This document shows, piece after piece, positions 46,591-57,312 of a stretch of DNA of 64,000 bases. Origin of the DNA: an uncultured Chloroflexia bacterium (GTDB lineage Bacteria > Chloroflexota > Anaerolineae > Aggregatilineales > UBA3940); NCBI GenBank assembly GCA_963787375.1, contig CAWBCR010000022.1, positions 8,041 through 72,040 of the forward strand. The letters are read 5' to 3'. Both the position numbers and the translations under genes were made by a program. Numbering within the stretch: position 1 is the first letter of the stretch; each line of letters begins with the position of its first letter. The notes beneath the pieces are model-generated. The model was given only the letters and a program-made list of their open reading frames with translations. It made no database searches and was not told the origin of the DNA.

Positions 46591-47406
46591 CTAGGGTGCC
46601 GGCGGCGCGTTTTGCGCCAGCCAGGCGAGGATCAGCGGGATGGGCTGCGGGCCCGGCGTACGGTCGGTTTTAATCACCAGCCCATTGCCGTGCAACCCGC
46701 CGTCATAGATGTGCATCTGGTAGCCGGTCAGGCCAACCGACTCGCCGCCCTGGCAGGTTTTGGCAGGTGGCTGATCCTGTGCCGACGCCAGACACAGCAC
46801 GGGGACACCGCGCGTCTTGAGCGCGTTCAGGGCATCGTCATAGGGAATGCCCAGATACCCGCCCGGCGACACCGATACCACGCCAATACAGCCGTCACTG
46901 CACGAATCAGCGGCAGCGTCCGCACCGATGCTGGCACCGATATTCACGATACGGGCCGGATCGACGCCGTCCATCGCCTGGATCAGCGTGAACGCCGAGC
47001 GCGCCGCAGCCAGCGCCGCAGCATCTGAGATGGTGCCGCCGCTTTCGCCGTGACCGGGGAAGTCAAAGGCGAACACGGCGTAATCCGGCGTGCCCGGCCC
47101 CCACACGGCGTCGATCAGAGGCTGCCAGGCTGTCCTGTTCGCGCCCATCTGGTGCATCAGGAGGATGCCGGCAGCCGAATCGCGTATTGGCGGGTAGAAC
47201 GTCCCCACAAGCCGCGTGCTGTCGTCCATCTCAAACGCAATACGCTGGGGCTGCATCGAGGCCTGCACGGTGGTCGCGGCGGGCGTGTCGGCGGCCTGCG
47301 TGGGGGGGAGCGCGGTAGCCACTGGCGCGGCGGGCCAGCCACAAGCCGTAAACAACAGCACCGAGGTGACCAGTGTCAACGTCAACTCAGATGGTTTGCG
47401 CATCAT
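46591..47406 (-). CDS. Alpha/beta hydrolase lipoprotein
   Basis: Lipobox FTAC; DFPGHGES, nucleophile GASIG, C-terminal HG. Confidence 0.82.
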   Translation of the reverse strand: MMRKPSELTLTLVTSVLLFTACGWPAAPVATALPPTQAADTPAATTVQASMQPQRIAFEMDDSTRLVGTFYPPIRDSAAGILLMHQMGANRTAWQPLIDAVWGPGTPDYAVFAFDFPGHGESGGTISDAAALAAARSAFTLIQAMDGVDPARIVNIGASIGADAAADSCSDGCIGVVSVSPGGYLGIPYDDALNALKTRGVPVLCLASAQDQPPAKTCQGGESVGLTGYQMHIYDGGLHGNGLVIKTDRTPGPQPIPLILAWLAQNAPPAP

Positions 47407-47644
47407 GCATCTCCCATTCAGGCAGTCTATCCAGTGAGACAATCGTTGCACGTCCTGATTATACGACATCGATAGTCAGGCGCATCCGGCTCCGCCGATC
47501 AGAACCAGATGATTTGGACAGGTGTTGACTACTTCGTACGACGATCCGCGCAGCGCATTGTGACATTTGAAACTAACGGCTCCCCAGAAACGGCGATATG
47601 CTCGAAACAACCGCTGAATCCATTCGTCTCGGAGGTTACGAGGC

Positions 47645-49084
47645 ATGCCCCAAACAGAAGAAATGCAGTCCATCGACCGCAAAGCGCGGATGAAGCTCGA
47701 GCCGATCCCTCGCCAGTACCGGCCTGCCGAAGAGCGCGTGAAAGACTGGGCCGAGTGCGCCGTCCCGTTGACGCCGGAAGCGGCCATGGCGGAGGCGTCG
47801 CGCTGCATCCACTGCCCCGATCCGTCGGCATGCGTGGCTGCCTGTCCGCTCGACAACAGCATCTCGGAGGCGCTGTGGTACGTGGAGAAGGGCGAATTCC
47901 TGAAGGCAGCGGCGATCTATCGCAATACCAATCCCCTGCCCGAAATCTGCGGGCGCGTGTGCCCCGGCGAGGCAACCTGTGCCAGCAACTGCGTGCTGAC
48001 CAAGCGCGGGAAGAGCATCAACACGCGCGGCATCGAAGCCTTTCTGGCTGATTATCAGCGCCAGAATGGCGGCGTACCCCTGCCGGAGAAGGCTGCCCCA
48101 ACCGGCAAGAAGGTCGGCATTGTGGGCGCAGGGCCGGCAGGATTGGCCGTCGCGGAGAAGCTGGCCGTCGCCGGGCACGAGGTCACCATCTACGAGGCGT
48201 GGCCCACGCCGGGCGGCCTGCTGGTGTACGGCATCCCCAATTTCAAGCTCGACAAGGGGCTCGTCGCATGGAAAGTCGACTGGCTGCGCGATCTGGGCGT
48301 CAAGTTCGTGACCGACACGCGCGTCGGTGAGAGCATCGGGTTGGACGAGCTCATGGCTCAAGAAGGCTTCGATGCGATGTTCCTGGGCACCGGCGCGGGC
48401 GTGGAGGCCAAGCTGGACGCTCCAGGTGAAGATCTGGGACGCGTCTACGGCTCGATTGACTTCCTGGTGCGGGGCAATGTCCCGCAGGAGATGCTGCCGG
48501 ATTACAAGAAGGAGCCGATTCAGGTCGGGCACCGCGTGGCGGTCATCGGCGGCGGCGACACCGCGACTGACTGCCTGCGCACGGCGCTGCGGCTGGGCGC
48601 GCGCGAGGTCGTTTGCTTCTACCGCCGCACCGAGGCGGAGATGCCAGGCAACAAGGCCGAGCGGCACCACGCCATCGAAGAAGGCGCGCGGATTGACTAC
48701 CTGACCGCGCCCATCGAACTGCTGGACCAGGATGGCGACGGCAATGTCGACGCGATGAAGATGATCCGCATGGAGCTGGGCGAGCCGGACAGCTCAGGCC
48801 GCCGCCGCCCGGTACCCATCGAAGGCTCGGAGTACATAGTCGAAGTTGATGACGTGATCCTGGCAATTGGTTTCTGGCCCGACCCGCTGCTGGGCGAGAA
48901 GACGAAAGACCTTAAGACACGCAAGTGGGGCCTGTTCGAGGTCAACGAGGAAACCGGACAGACCAGCCGCGAAGGCATCTATGCCGGCGGTGACGGAGTC
49001 ACGGGTCCGGCGCTGGTCAACGCGGCGCTTGCCGCCGGCAAGCGCGCCGCAGAGGCTATGAACGCTTATTTGGCAAGCAAGTAG
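47645..49084 (+). CDS. GltD/NfnB/SudA-like NAD(P)H-dependent Fe-S flavoprotein
   Basis: RCIHC, CVAACP, ICGRVCP, GAGPAG, YGIP, GGGDTATD, YRR, AGGD. Confidence 0.9.
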   Translation: MPQTEEMQSIDRKARMKLEPIPRQYRPAEERVKDWAECAVPLTPEAAMAEASRCIHCPDPSACVAACPLDNSISEALWYVEKGEFLKAAAIYRNTNPLPEICGRVCPGEATCASNCVLTKRGKSINTRGIEAFLADYQRQNGGVPLPEKAAPTGKKVGIVGAGPAGLAVAEKLAVAGHEVTIYEAWPTPGGLLVYGIPNFKLDKGLVAWKVDWLRDLGVKFVTDTRVGESIGLDELMAQEGFDAMFLGTGAGVEAKLDAPGEDLGRVYGSIDFLVRGNVPQEMLPDYKKEPIQVGHRVAVIGGGDTATDCLRTALRLGAREVVCFYRRTEAEMPGNKAERHHAIEEGARIDYLTAPIELLDQDGDGNVDAMKMIRMELGEPDSSGRRRPVPIEGSEYIVEVDDVILAIGFWPDPLLGEKTKDLKTRKWGLFEVNEETGQTSREGIYAGGDGVTGPALVNAALAAGKRAAEAMNAYLASK

Positions 49085-49196
49085 CTGTCGCCGTCGCGCT
49101 TGACTGTTGGCTCTGGAACGGACTGGCAGGCCGCTCGACAAATAGGCGGCCTGCTTTTCGTTCGCACCGGAGGTGGCGAGTTGGTAAGATCCGAAC

Positions 49197-49672
49197 ATGC
49201 TGCCGGAAGACAAGCGCCTCATCAAAGACCTTCTCACCAAACAGCGTGTGCTGGCACTGTCGGTGCTGGTCGATGGTGCGCCGTACACCGGGCTGCTGCC
49301 ATTCGTCGTCCGGCCCGATTTCGGCGCGGTACTGGTGCACGCGTCGAGGCTGGCCCGCCACACACGCGGGCTGGTCGATGACGCACCGTTCAGCGCGTTG
49401 GTCCACCAGCCCGATTCGCCCAGGAGCGATCCGCTCCAGCTTCCGCGAGTGACGCTTCAGGGACGCGTGCGCCCATTGCAGATAGGCAGCGCCGACTGCG
49501 AATCGGCGCAGCGGCTGTACATCGCGCGCCTGCCGCAGAGCGCTCAGACTTTTGAGCTGCCCGACTTCAACCTGTACGCGCTGATCTTCGAGTCCGCGCG
49601 ATATGTGATGGGCTTTGGACAGGTGGGCAACCTCACGACACATGACCTGCGAGAACTGGCCACTGAACAGAT

Positions 49673-49676
<4 letters not shown>
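49197..49676 (+). CDS. Pyridoxamine 5'-phosphate oxidase-like (HugZ-type split barrel) protein
   Basis: SRLARHTRGL, DPLQLPRVTLQG, LPDF, GFG. Confidence 0.8.
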
Positions 49677-50819
<1,143 letters not shown>

Positions 50820-50854
50820 TGCTGGCGCTGCCGGGTTCTGGTATCATCACACTT

Positions 50855-51628
50855 ATGGCAGATGACAACAAGCACACCGTACAGGAACAGTTCGGGGCCA
50901 GCGCCGCGCAGTACGTCACCAGCGCGCTGCATGCCCACGGCGACAGCCTCGCCCGGCTGGTCGCACTTACAGACCCGCAGCCAGGCTGGCGCGTCCTCGA
51001 CATCGCCACAGGCGGCGGGCATACCGCGCTGGCGTTCGCGCCGCATGTGCGGAGCGTCACCGCCGGGGACCTGACCCATCAGATGCTGCTGGCCGCGCGA
51101 GGGCACATCACCGACAGCGGCGCGTCGCCGGTAAGCTACTGCCAGCATGCCGCCGAGCAGCTTCCCTTTGCCGATGCGGCCTTCGACTGCGTCACGTGCC
51201 GCATCGCGCCGCACCATTTCGTCAGCGTTACTGACTTTGTACACGAGTTGGTGCGGGTGCTAAAGCCGGGCGGCCTGCTGGCCGTCGCCGACAACGTCGT
51301 GAGCGGCGAGCCGGCGATTGCACAGTTCGTAAACGCGCTTGAGAAGCTGCGCGACCCATCACATAACTGGGCGTATGCGCTTGAAGACTGGGAGACGTTT
51401 TTCTTTTCGGCGGGCCTGACTCTGCTGCACCGCGAGACGTTTCAGAAGACCGTTGACTTTGACGACTGGGCGGGGCGGATGCGCGTGCGGGGCGACGACT
51501 TGACGCGGCTTCGCGCCCTGCTCGCGCAGGCTCCAAAGGCTCCGCGCGCGTGGCTTGACGTCACGCAGATTGGCGTGCGCCTGACCTTCAAACTGACCGA
51601 GGGGATCGTCGTGGGGCGGAAGCAGTAG
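50855..51628 (+). CDS. Class I SAM-dependent methyltransferase
   Basis: MADDNKHTVQEQFG..AQYVTS..HA, LDIATGGGH, LPFADAAFD, APHHF, LKPGG. Confidence 0.88.
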   Translation: MADDNKHTVQEQFGASAAQYVTSALHAHGDSLARLVALTDPQPGWRVLDIATGGGHTALAFAPHVRSVTAGDLTHQMLLAARGHITDSGASPVSYCQHAAEQLPFADAAFDCVTCRIAPHHFVSVTDFVHELVRVLKPGGLLAVADNVVSGEPAIAQFVNALEKLRDPSHNWAYALEDWETFFFSAGLTLLHRETFQKTVDFDDWAGRMRVRGDDLTRLRALLAQAPKAPRAWLDVTQIGVRLTFKLTEGIVVGRKQ

Positions 51629-51632
51629 CGCG

Positions 51633-51875
51633 CTACGATGCCAGGCATCGTTCGACGGCAGTCCGCAGCGTCGCAGCCGACGCGGGGGCAATCAGCGTGC
51701 CGTCTACGCTGACCGCGGGCGACGAGTCACACGCGTCGAGGCAGTCGACTTCGGCAACGATCAGCCGGGGGCCGTACCGTTCACGCAGCGCAGCCAACTC
51801 AACGCGCATTTCAGGGCCACTCTCGGCGCAGGTCAGGCAGATCGAGCAAACCATGAGCAGTACGTGCTGGGACAT
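51633..51875 (-). CDS. Small thioredoxin-like (2Fe-2S) ferredoxin domain protein
   Basis: VCSICLTC, CLDACDSSPAVSVDG; RBS GGAGG upstream of ATG 51875. Confidence 0.65.
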   Translation of the reverse strand: MSQHVLLMVCSICLTCAESGPEMRVELAALRERYGPRLIVAEVDCLDACDSSPAVSVDGTLIAPASAATLRTAVERCLAS

Positions 51876-52088
51876 GGCCGCCTCCTCGACACGTGTATGA
51901 GACCACCATAGTCCCATCCGCACGAGTTTGTCAAGTTGCCCGCCAGTCGCAACGCGGACAGTGGCCTGTGCGTATACAGCGAAGAGGGACAGGCAGCCAG
52001 GAATAGCCATTTTGGACTGTTGAAGCCGCCCTGACAACACGATAAAATGATCTCGTGCCCACATTCAGGGTATAGGAGGGTGACTCGA

Positions 52089-52472
52089 ATGGACATTTCG
52101 GAATCGAGGCGCTGGGGATTGGTGCTGGATATCCTGGCCGACATGGCTGATGTCGAGCGACAGGTCGTAGTGCAGGGTGTGCGCCCTGCCAGCTTCGTGC
52201 CGGATGAGCTGCTCGACCGCTGGTACGACACGTTTCAGGGCGGGCATGGCATGCAGCAGACCGGCGTGTCGGAGGACCTGCTGGGTGTGCTGCTCGACTT
52301 TGACTACAACCTTGAAGACCTGATGGACATTGTGCCGCAGGATGCGCCCGATCGCGAGAACTACATCCGCAATGACGCGGCCTGGCGTGCGATCCGGGAG
52401 TTGGCCGACTGGACTCTGACACGCATCATCGAGGCCAGCATGCCCGAACAGGAGACGTTCAGCACGAACTAG
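52089..52472 (+). CDS. Hypothetical protein
   Basis: Strong RBS AGGAGG before ATG 52089; 127-aa acidic ORF; no motif recognised. Confidence 0.65.
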   Translation: MDISESRRWGLVLDILADMADVERQVVVQGVRPASFVPDELLDRWYDTFQGGHGMQQTGVSEDLLGVLLDFDYNLEDLMDIVPQDAPDRENYIRNDAAWRAIRELADWTLTRIIEASMPEQETFSTN

Positions 52473-52593
52473 CGCGGTTCGTTCCATCCACGCAGGCGCT
52501 CTGAGGGCGAGACGCAACGTGCTCGCCCTTTTATTTTCGGCCGGATTCGCTATCATGTGAAGGCTCGAATACCAAGTGAGGGGATTTCGCCAC

Positions 52594-53989
52594 ATGACGC
52601 GATCCGCACCGACCACCTATAACATCCGCACCTGGGGCTGCCAGATGAACGAGGCCGACTCTGCAGCGGCTGGCCAGCGAGCTGGAGCGGCTGGGCCTGC
52701 GCTACACCGACGATGCTGACGGGGCCGACGTGATCGTGCTGAACACGTGTGTCGTGCGGCAGAGCGCCGAAGACCGCGTGTATGGCCGCCTGGGGCAGCT
52801 CAAGGTGCTGAAAGCAGCGAATCCGCACAAGATCATCGGGCTGATGGGCTGCCTGGTAGGCGTCCGCGATCCGCTGCCGCTGCGGCAGCGCTTCCCGTTT
52901 GTGGATGTCTTTCTGCCACCCAGCGAGCCGGCCCCGATGGTCGATTTCCTGAAGGATATGGGGCTTGAGCAGGAAGTTGTCGCGCTGCAAGCTGAAGAAC
53001 GGGCGCTGCGCGAGGCCTTGCAGGACGGCGACCTGGTTATTCCCGCGCACGAGCGCGGCAGCCTGGTCAGCGCGCATGTGCCGGTGGTGTATGGCTGCTC
53101 GCACGCGTGTTCTTTCTGCGTCATCCCCTTCCGGCGCGGTGTCGAGCGCAGCCGGAGCGTGGGCGAGATTGTGGCTGAGGTGCGTGCACTGGCCGCGCAG
53201 GGCGTGAAAGAGATCACCCTGCTGGGCCAGATCGTCGACCGTTATGGCAAAGACATCGCCGATGGGCCGGATCTGGCCGACCTGCTGCGCGTGGTGCACG
53301 GCGTGGACGGCATCGAACGCGTGCGCTTCCTGACCTCGCACCCGAACTGGATGACCGACCGTCTGCTCGGCACGGTTGCCGAGCTGCCAAAGGTGATGCC
53401 GCACATCGAGGTGCCGATCCAGGCCGGCGATGACGCCGTGCTCGAAGCAATGAAGCGAGGCTATACGCAACAGCAGTATCGCGACCTCGTGGCGCGCATC
53501 CGCGAGCGCATTCCAGGAGTAGCCATCCACACCGACATTATCGTCGGCTTCCCCGGCGAGACCGAAGCGCAGTTCATGCAGACCTACCGCGTGCTCGAAG
53601 ACCTGAGGCTCGACAAGGCGCACCTGGCGATGTACTCGCCGCGCCCCAAGACCGTCTCCGAGCGGACGATGGCCGACGACGTGCCTGCTGGGGAGAAAAA
53701 ACGCCGCCTGCAGGTGCTCGACGAGCTGCAGAACCGCATCATCAGCGAGATCAATGCCCGGTTCCTGGGCCAAACGGTCGAAGTGCTGGTCGAAGACGAG
53801 CACAGGGGCAAGTGGCGAGGGCGCACGCCGCAGAACAAGCTGGTGTTCTTTCAAGACAACGCCAACTGGCGCGGCAAGATTGTCGAGGTGGAGATCACCT
53901 GGACCGGGCCGTACAGCATGCAGGCCAGGCTGCCCGGAAGCACCGCCGCCGCGCCCGCCGACGACCTGATTGTTATCGCCGCCGACTGA
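52594..53989 (+). CDS. miaB: tRNA-2-methylthio-N6-dimethylallyladenosine synthase (frameshift near 52660)
   Basis: TWGCQMNEADS, NTCVVR, radical-SAM GCSHACSFC, TDIIVGFPGET, YSPRP, TRAM domain GRT. Confidence 0.92.
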
Positions 53990-54016
53990 GCAGCACACCC
54001 GGCAGGGAGATGTGAC

Positions 54017-54637
54017 GTGCATGTTCTGTTTCTCATCCGGCACGCGCAGAATGACTACGTTCGCAGCGGGATTCTGGCCGGCTGGACGCCCGGCGTGCAC
54101 CTCAACGACGAGGGCCGTCGGCAGGCTGAGGCACTGGGCGAGAGACTTGCAGACGCCAAGTTCCAGGCAGTATACTCTAGTCCGTTAGAACGGGCTGTGG
54201 AGACAGCCGAAGCGATTATCACCCACCACGCCGAGATTGAGCTTCAGGTTGAGAACGACCTCGGCGAGGTGCATTATGGCGACTGGCAGGGCAAGCGGCT
54301 TCGCAAACTTGCCCGGACCCGCCTGTGGCAGGTGGTGCAGAACTACCCCAGTGGCGCGCGCTTCCCGAACGGCGAATGTCTGCGAGAGATGCAGTTCAGG
54401 GTTGTGGGCGCGCTGGAACGCATCGCCGAGCAGAATCCCGGCAGCACCGTGGCCGTTGTCTCCCACTCAGATGTCATCAAGGCGGTGGTTGCTCACTACT
54501 GCGGCATGCACCTGGACCTGTTTCAAAGGATCATTATCTCGCCGGCGTCGATATCCATCATCGCGCTGGAACGTCTGGGGCCCCGCATTGTGCGCCTTAA
54601 CGACACCAGTCATCTTGACAATCTGAAGCAGGACTGA
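54017..54637 (+). CDS. Histidine phosphatase, MSMEG_4193 family
   Basis: RHA, SSPLERAVETA, EVHYGDW, FPNGE, SHSDVIK, HLDLFQRI. Confidence 0.88.
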   Translation: MHVLFLIRHAQNDYVRSGILAGWTPGVHLNDEGRRQAEALGERLADAKFQAVYSSPLERAVETAEAIITHHAEIELQVENDLGEVHYGDWQGKRLRKLARTRLWQVVQNYPSGARFPNGECLREMQFRVVGALERIAEQNPGSTVAVVSHSDVIKAVVAHYCGMHLDLFQRIIISPASISIIALERLGPRIVRLNDTSHLDNLKQD

Positions 54638-54669
54638 GCCACCGCGATCCCCACCCTACCTGTGAAAAG

Positions 54670-55210
54670 GTGAGTATGCCTGAAGAATTCGAACTCAGCC
54701 CTGCTGATATTGTAACAATCGGCACGATTGGCCCGCTAGGCCAGCGCGTATTTCATCTGCAGGCCAAACAGGGTGACACGCTGCTAACAGTCCTTATCGA
54801 GAAGGTGCAGGCGGCAGCCATCTCCGAAAGCATCGCAAAGGTGCTGGAGGAGATCCACAGAGAGTATGAGCTTGAGACGCCCGAACCGGACCTGACTGCA
54901 ATGGATCTCGACCTTCAAGAGCCGATCCTGCCGTTGTTCCGCGTGGGGCAGATTGGACTGGGCTACGACCACGAGAATGACCTGTTGATGCTGATCGTCA
55001 GCGAGTTGCTGCCGGACGAAGAAGCGGGCGATCCCGCGCCTCGCGCGCATTGGAGCCACGCGCTCACAGATGCGCGCGTTGGCTGCCCACGCCGGTGAGG
55101 TCGTGGCGGCGGGTAGGCCCATCTGCGGGAACTGCGGACAGCCAATCGACCCCGAAGGGCACTTCTGCCCCAAGAGCAACGGTCACCGAAAGCCGGTTTC
55201 GTGGGCGTAA
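54670..55210 (+). CDS. DUF3090 family protein (frameshift near 55035)
   Basis: [23 protein letters not shown]; shifted frame [25 protein letters not shown]. Confidence 0.85.
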
Positions 55211-55228
55211 GCCGGCCACCGAAAGCTT

Positions 55229-55972
55229 ATGAGCCACATCCCCGACGATTCTCCCGGTATTTCCTTTGAGCAGGCGCTTGATCTCCTGAATAGTGGCAAG
55301 CTGATCGAGACGCATGGCCTGCTGCCGTGGGGCTCCAACTACACGTTCTTGATAGGTGTCAGCGACGGACAGCTTGAAGCGCTGGCGGTGTACAAGCCAC
55401 AGCGCGGCGAGCGCCCATTGTGGGACTTCCCCGACGGGACGCTGTGCAAGCGCGAAGTCGCCGCTTACGTGATCAGCGAGGCGTTGGGCTGGCGTATTGT
55501 GCCGCCTACTGTCCTGCGCGATGGGTCGCAGGGCATGGGCAGCCTCCAATTGTTTGTCCCGCACGATCCCGAGCAGAACTACTTCACCTTCGACAAGAGT
55601 TATTTGCCACAGCTTGCGCGTATCGCGCTGTTCGACCACATCATCAACAACGCGGACCGCAAAGGCGGCCACTGCCTGCTCGACGAGGCAGGCAACATCT
55701 GGGCTATCGACCACGGAGTGTGCTTCCATGCCCAGCCCAAGCTGCGCACGGTCATCTGGGATTTTGCCGGGGACAGGATCCCGAACGAGCTGCTGGTCGA
55801 CGTAGGTCAGATGTGCGAGACGCTTGAGGGCGGTGAGCTGGTCGACCAGCTCAAGCCGTTGTTGAGCGCTGACGAGATCGACGCGCTGCGCGTCCGGACC
55901 GGGCGGCTGTCGCAGACAGGCAAGTTCCCGGAGACGGGACCCGGTCGCAGCTATCCCTGGCCGCCGGTGTGA
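55229..55972 (+). CDS. SCO1664 family protein (PI3/PI4-kinase-like fold)
   Basis: SNYTF, YKP..GERPLWDFPDGTL, NNADRKGGH, IDHG, KLRTVIW, PWPP. Confidence 0.88.
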   Translation: MSHIPDDSPGISFEQALDLLNSGKLIETHGLLPWGSNYTFLIGVSDGQLEALAVYKPQRGERPLWDFPDGTLCKREVAAYVISEALGWRIVPPTVLRDGSQGMGSLQLFVPHDPEQNYFTFDKSYLPQLARIALFDHIINNADRKGGHCLLDEAGNIWAIDHGVCFHAQPKLRTVIWDFAGDRIPNELLVDVGQMCETLEGGELVDQLKPLLSADEIDALRVRTGRLSQTGKFPETGPGRSYPWPPV

Positions 55973-55997
55973 GTCGCTGGATGTCGCTATGAGATAA

Positions 55998-56032
55998 CAA
56001 AGAGGGCGAGCCCCGGTCGGGGCTCGCCCTCC
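55998..56032. terminator. Intrinsic terminator between convergent genes
   Basis: gagggcgagcccc...ggggctcgccctc with an A-run on the left. Confidence 0.8.
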
Positions 56033-56049
56033 GTCACATCACGAGTGGG

Positions 56050-56898
56050 TCAGCCCTTAGCGGCCTCGCGTTCCTGGCGAAGCACGCGGTACAGCGTTTC
56101 GGCATTGCTGTGATGCAGTTGCTGGACCAGTCCGTTCAGCGCGATGCGATTCTTGCCACAGTCCTCGATCTCGATCCGGTCGAGCGCCTCAGGGCCCTGA
56201 TTGCGGTCGACCACCCGCTCAACCTTCTTGCGCAGCAACTCCAGGTAATGCAGGTCCTCATCCAGGCGGCTCTCGACCTCGCCACGCAGGATAACCTCAC
56301 CGTGCCCCTGCACGATACTCTCGTACTGCCCGCCGCGCAGCGCTTCGAGCGAGTGTACATAGGCCTCCCAACTGCCATCGGCAAAGAACGGGACTGGCAT
56401 CATCGTGTCGGAGGCAAACAGCACTCGCTCTTCCTCGACCATGCATACAATCGAGTCCATGCTGTGCCCCGGCGAATACCACATCGTGAGCGTTACGCCG
56501 CCGAGATGAAGCGCCATGATCCCCTCGTTAAACACCACGTCTGGCAGGCGCAGCGTAATCGTTGCCATCTCACGAGAATTGCGGCGGGCATTCTCAAGCC
56601 CCAGCCGCCCCCGTGTATCCAGCAACTCGCGGCACAGACTGTGACTGACGACCCGCGCGCCGTCAAACAGGCATGTACCGAGTGTATGATCAGCGTGGTA
56701 GTGTGTGTTGACCACGTACTTTACCGGCACGCCATGCCGCTCCTGGACATACTGAAGGATTTGCCGCGTCTCGACGGGGAAGGCCAGCGTGTCAATCACA
56801 ATCGCGCCAGCCGGGGTGATGATCGCGCCGGCTGTTACCTGGGCATATAGCTCGCTGGTGAAAACGAAGATATTGTTCGATACAAGCTCACGGAGCAT
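56050..56898 (-). CDS. MBL-fold metallo-hydrolase (cyclase-like)
   Basis: THYHADH, PGHS, SD, GHG. Confidence 0.88.
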   Translation of the reverse strand: MLRELVSNNIFVFTSELYAQVTAGAIITPAGAIVIDTLAFPVETRQILQYVQERHGVPVKYVVNTHYHADHTLGTCLFDGARVVSHSLCRELLDTRGRLGLENARRNSREMATITLRLPDVVFNEGIMALHLGGVTLTMWYSPGHSMDSIVCMVEEERVLFASDTMMPVPFFADGSWEAYVHSLEALRGGQYESIVQGHGEVILRGEVESRLDEDLHYLELLRKKVERVVDRNQGPEALDRIEIEDCGKNRIALNGLVQQLHHSNAETLYRVLRQEREAAKG

Positions 56899-57024
56899 GT
56901 CTGTAAAGATGCCTGAACGCTAATAACTGTTGGCTCAACACAACGAATATTACTGTTCGAGAATATCACATCAGGTACTGCCAGCGCAACTCATTGTGTT
57001 AAATTGACACGTAATAGGCGCACG

Positions 57025-57051
57025 AAAACTCCAGGCCGAAGGGCCTGGAGT
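57025..57051 (-). terminator. Intrinsic terminator after the putative 6S RNA
   Basis: actccaggcc-cttc-ggcctggagt followed by TTT on the minus strand. Confidence 0.8.
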
Positions 57052-57065
57052 CATAAGACAAAGGC

Positions 57066-57228
57066 ACCTGCCACGAGGTGCGGACTGAGTTTGAGAGACC
57101 TGCTTACGCAGGTGGGTGCCGTGTCACAGGAGCAGCGTTGGCACAAGGCCCCGCATCATCCAGTGAACATCAGCTCCCTTTCTACAAACTGTTGGCTCTA
57201 GAACGAGTACCAACACCGCATGGCAGGC
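57066..57228 (-). ncRNA. ssrS: Probable 6S RNA
   Basis: Terminal stem CCTGCCA.../...TGGCAGG, internal GGGAGC and CGGCACCCACCTG...CAGGT resembling Gram-positive-type 6S RNAs; downstream of aspS; own terminator. Confidence 0.75.
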
Positions 57229-57312
57229 TGAAACCGTTTGTACCACATGCGCGGCACGCCCGCAAAAAGTCGCTGTGCGGGGGAAGCACCCCCACCCTGC
57301 CGTGTGTGGGGC

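Noticed and set aside
52553-54100. Long antisense ORFs (e.g. 52553..54100, 18309..19646, 57945..59333, 28303..29556)
   Set aside because: Shadow ORFs opposite well-supported genes, expected in high-GC DNA.
56944-56960. LexA box upstream of the MBL gene (CGAATATTACTGTTCG)
   Set aside because: Spacer is 6 nt rather than 4.
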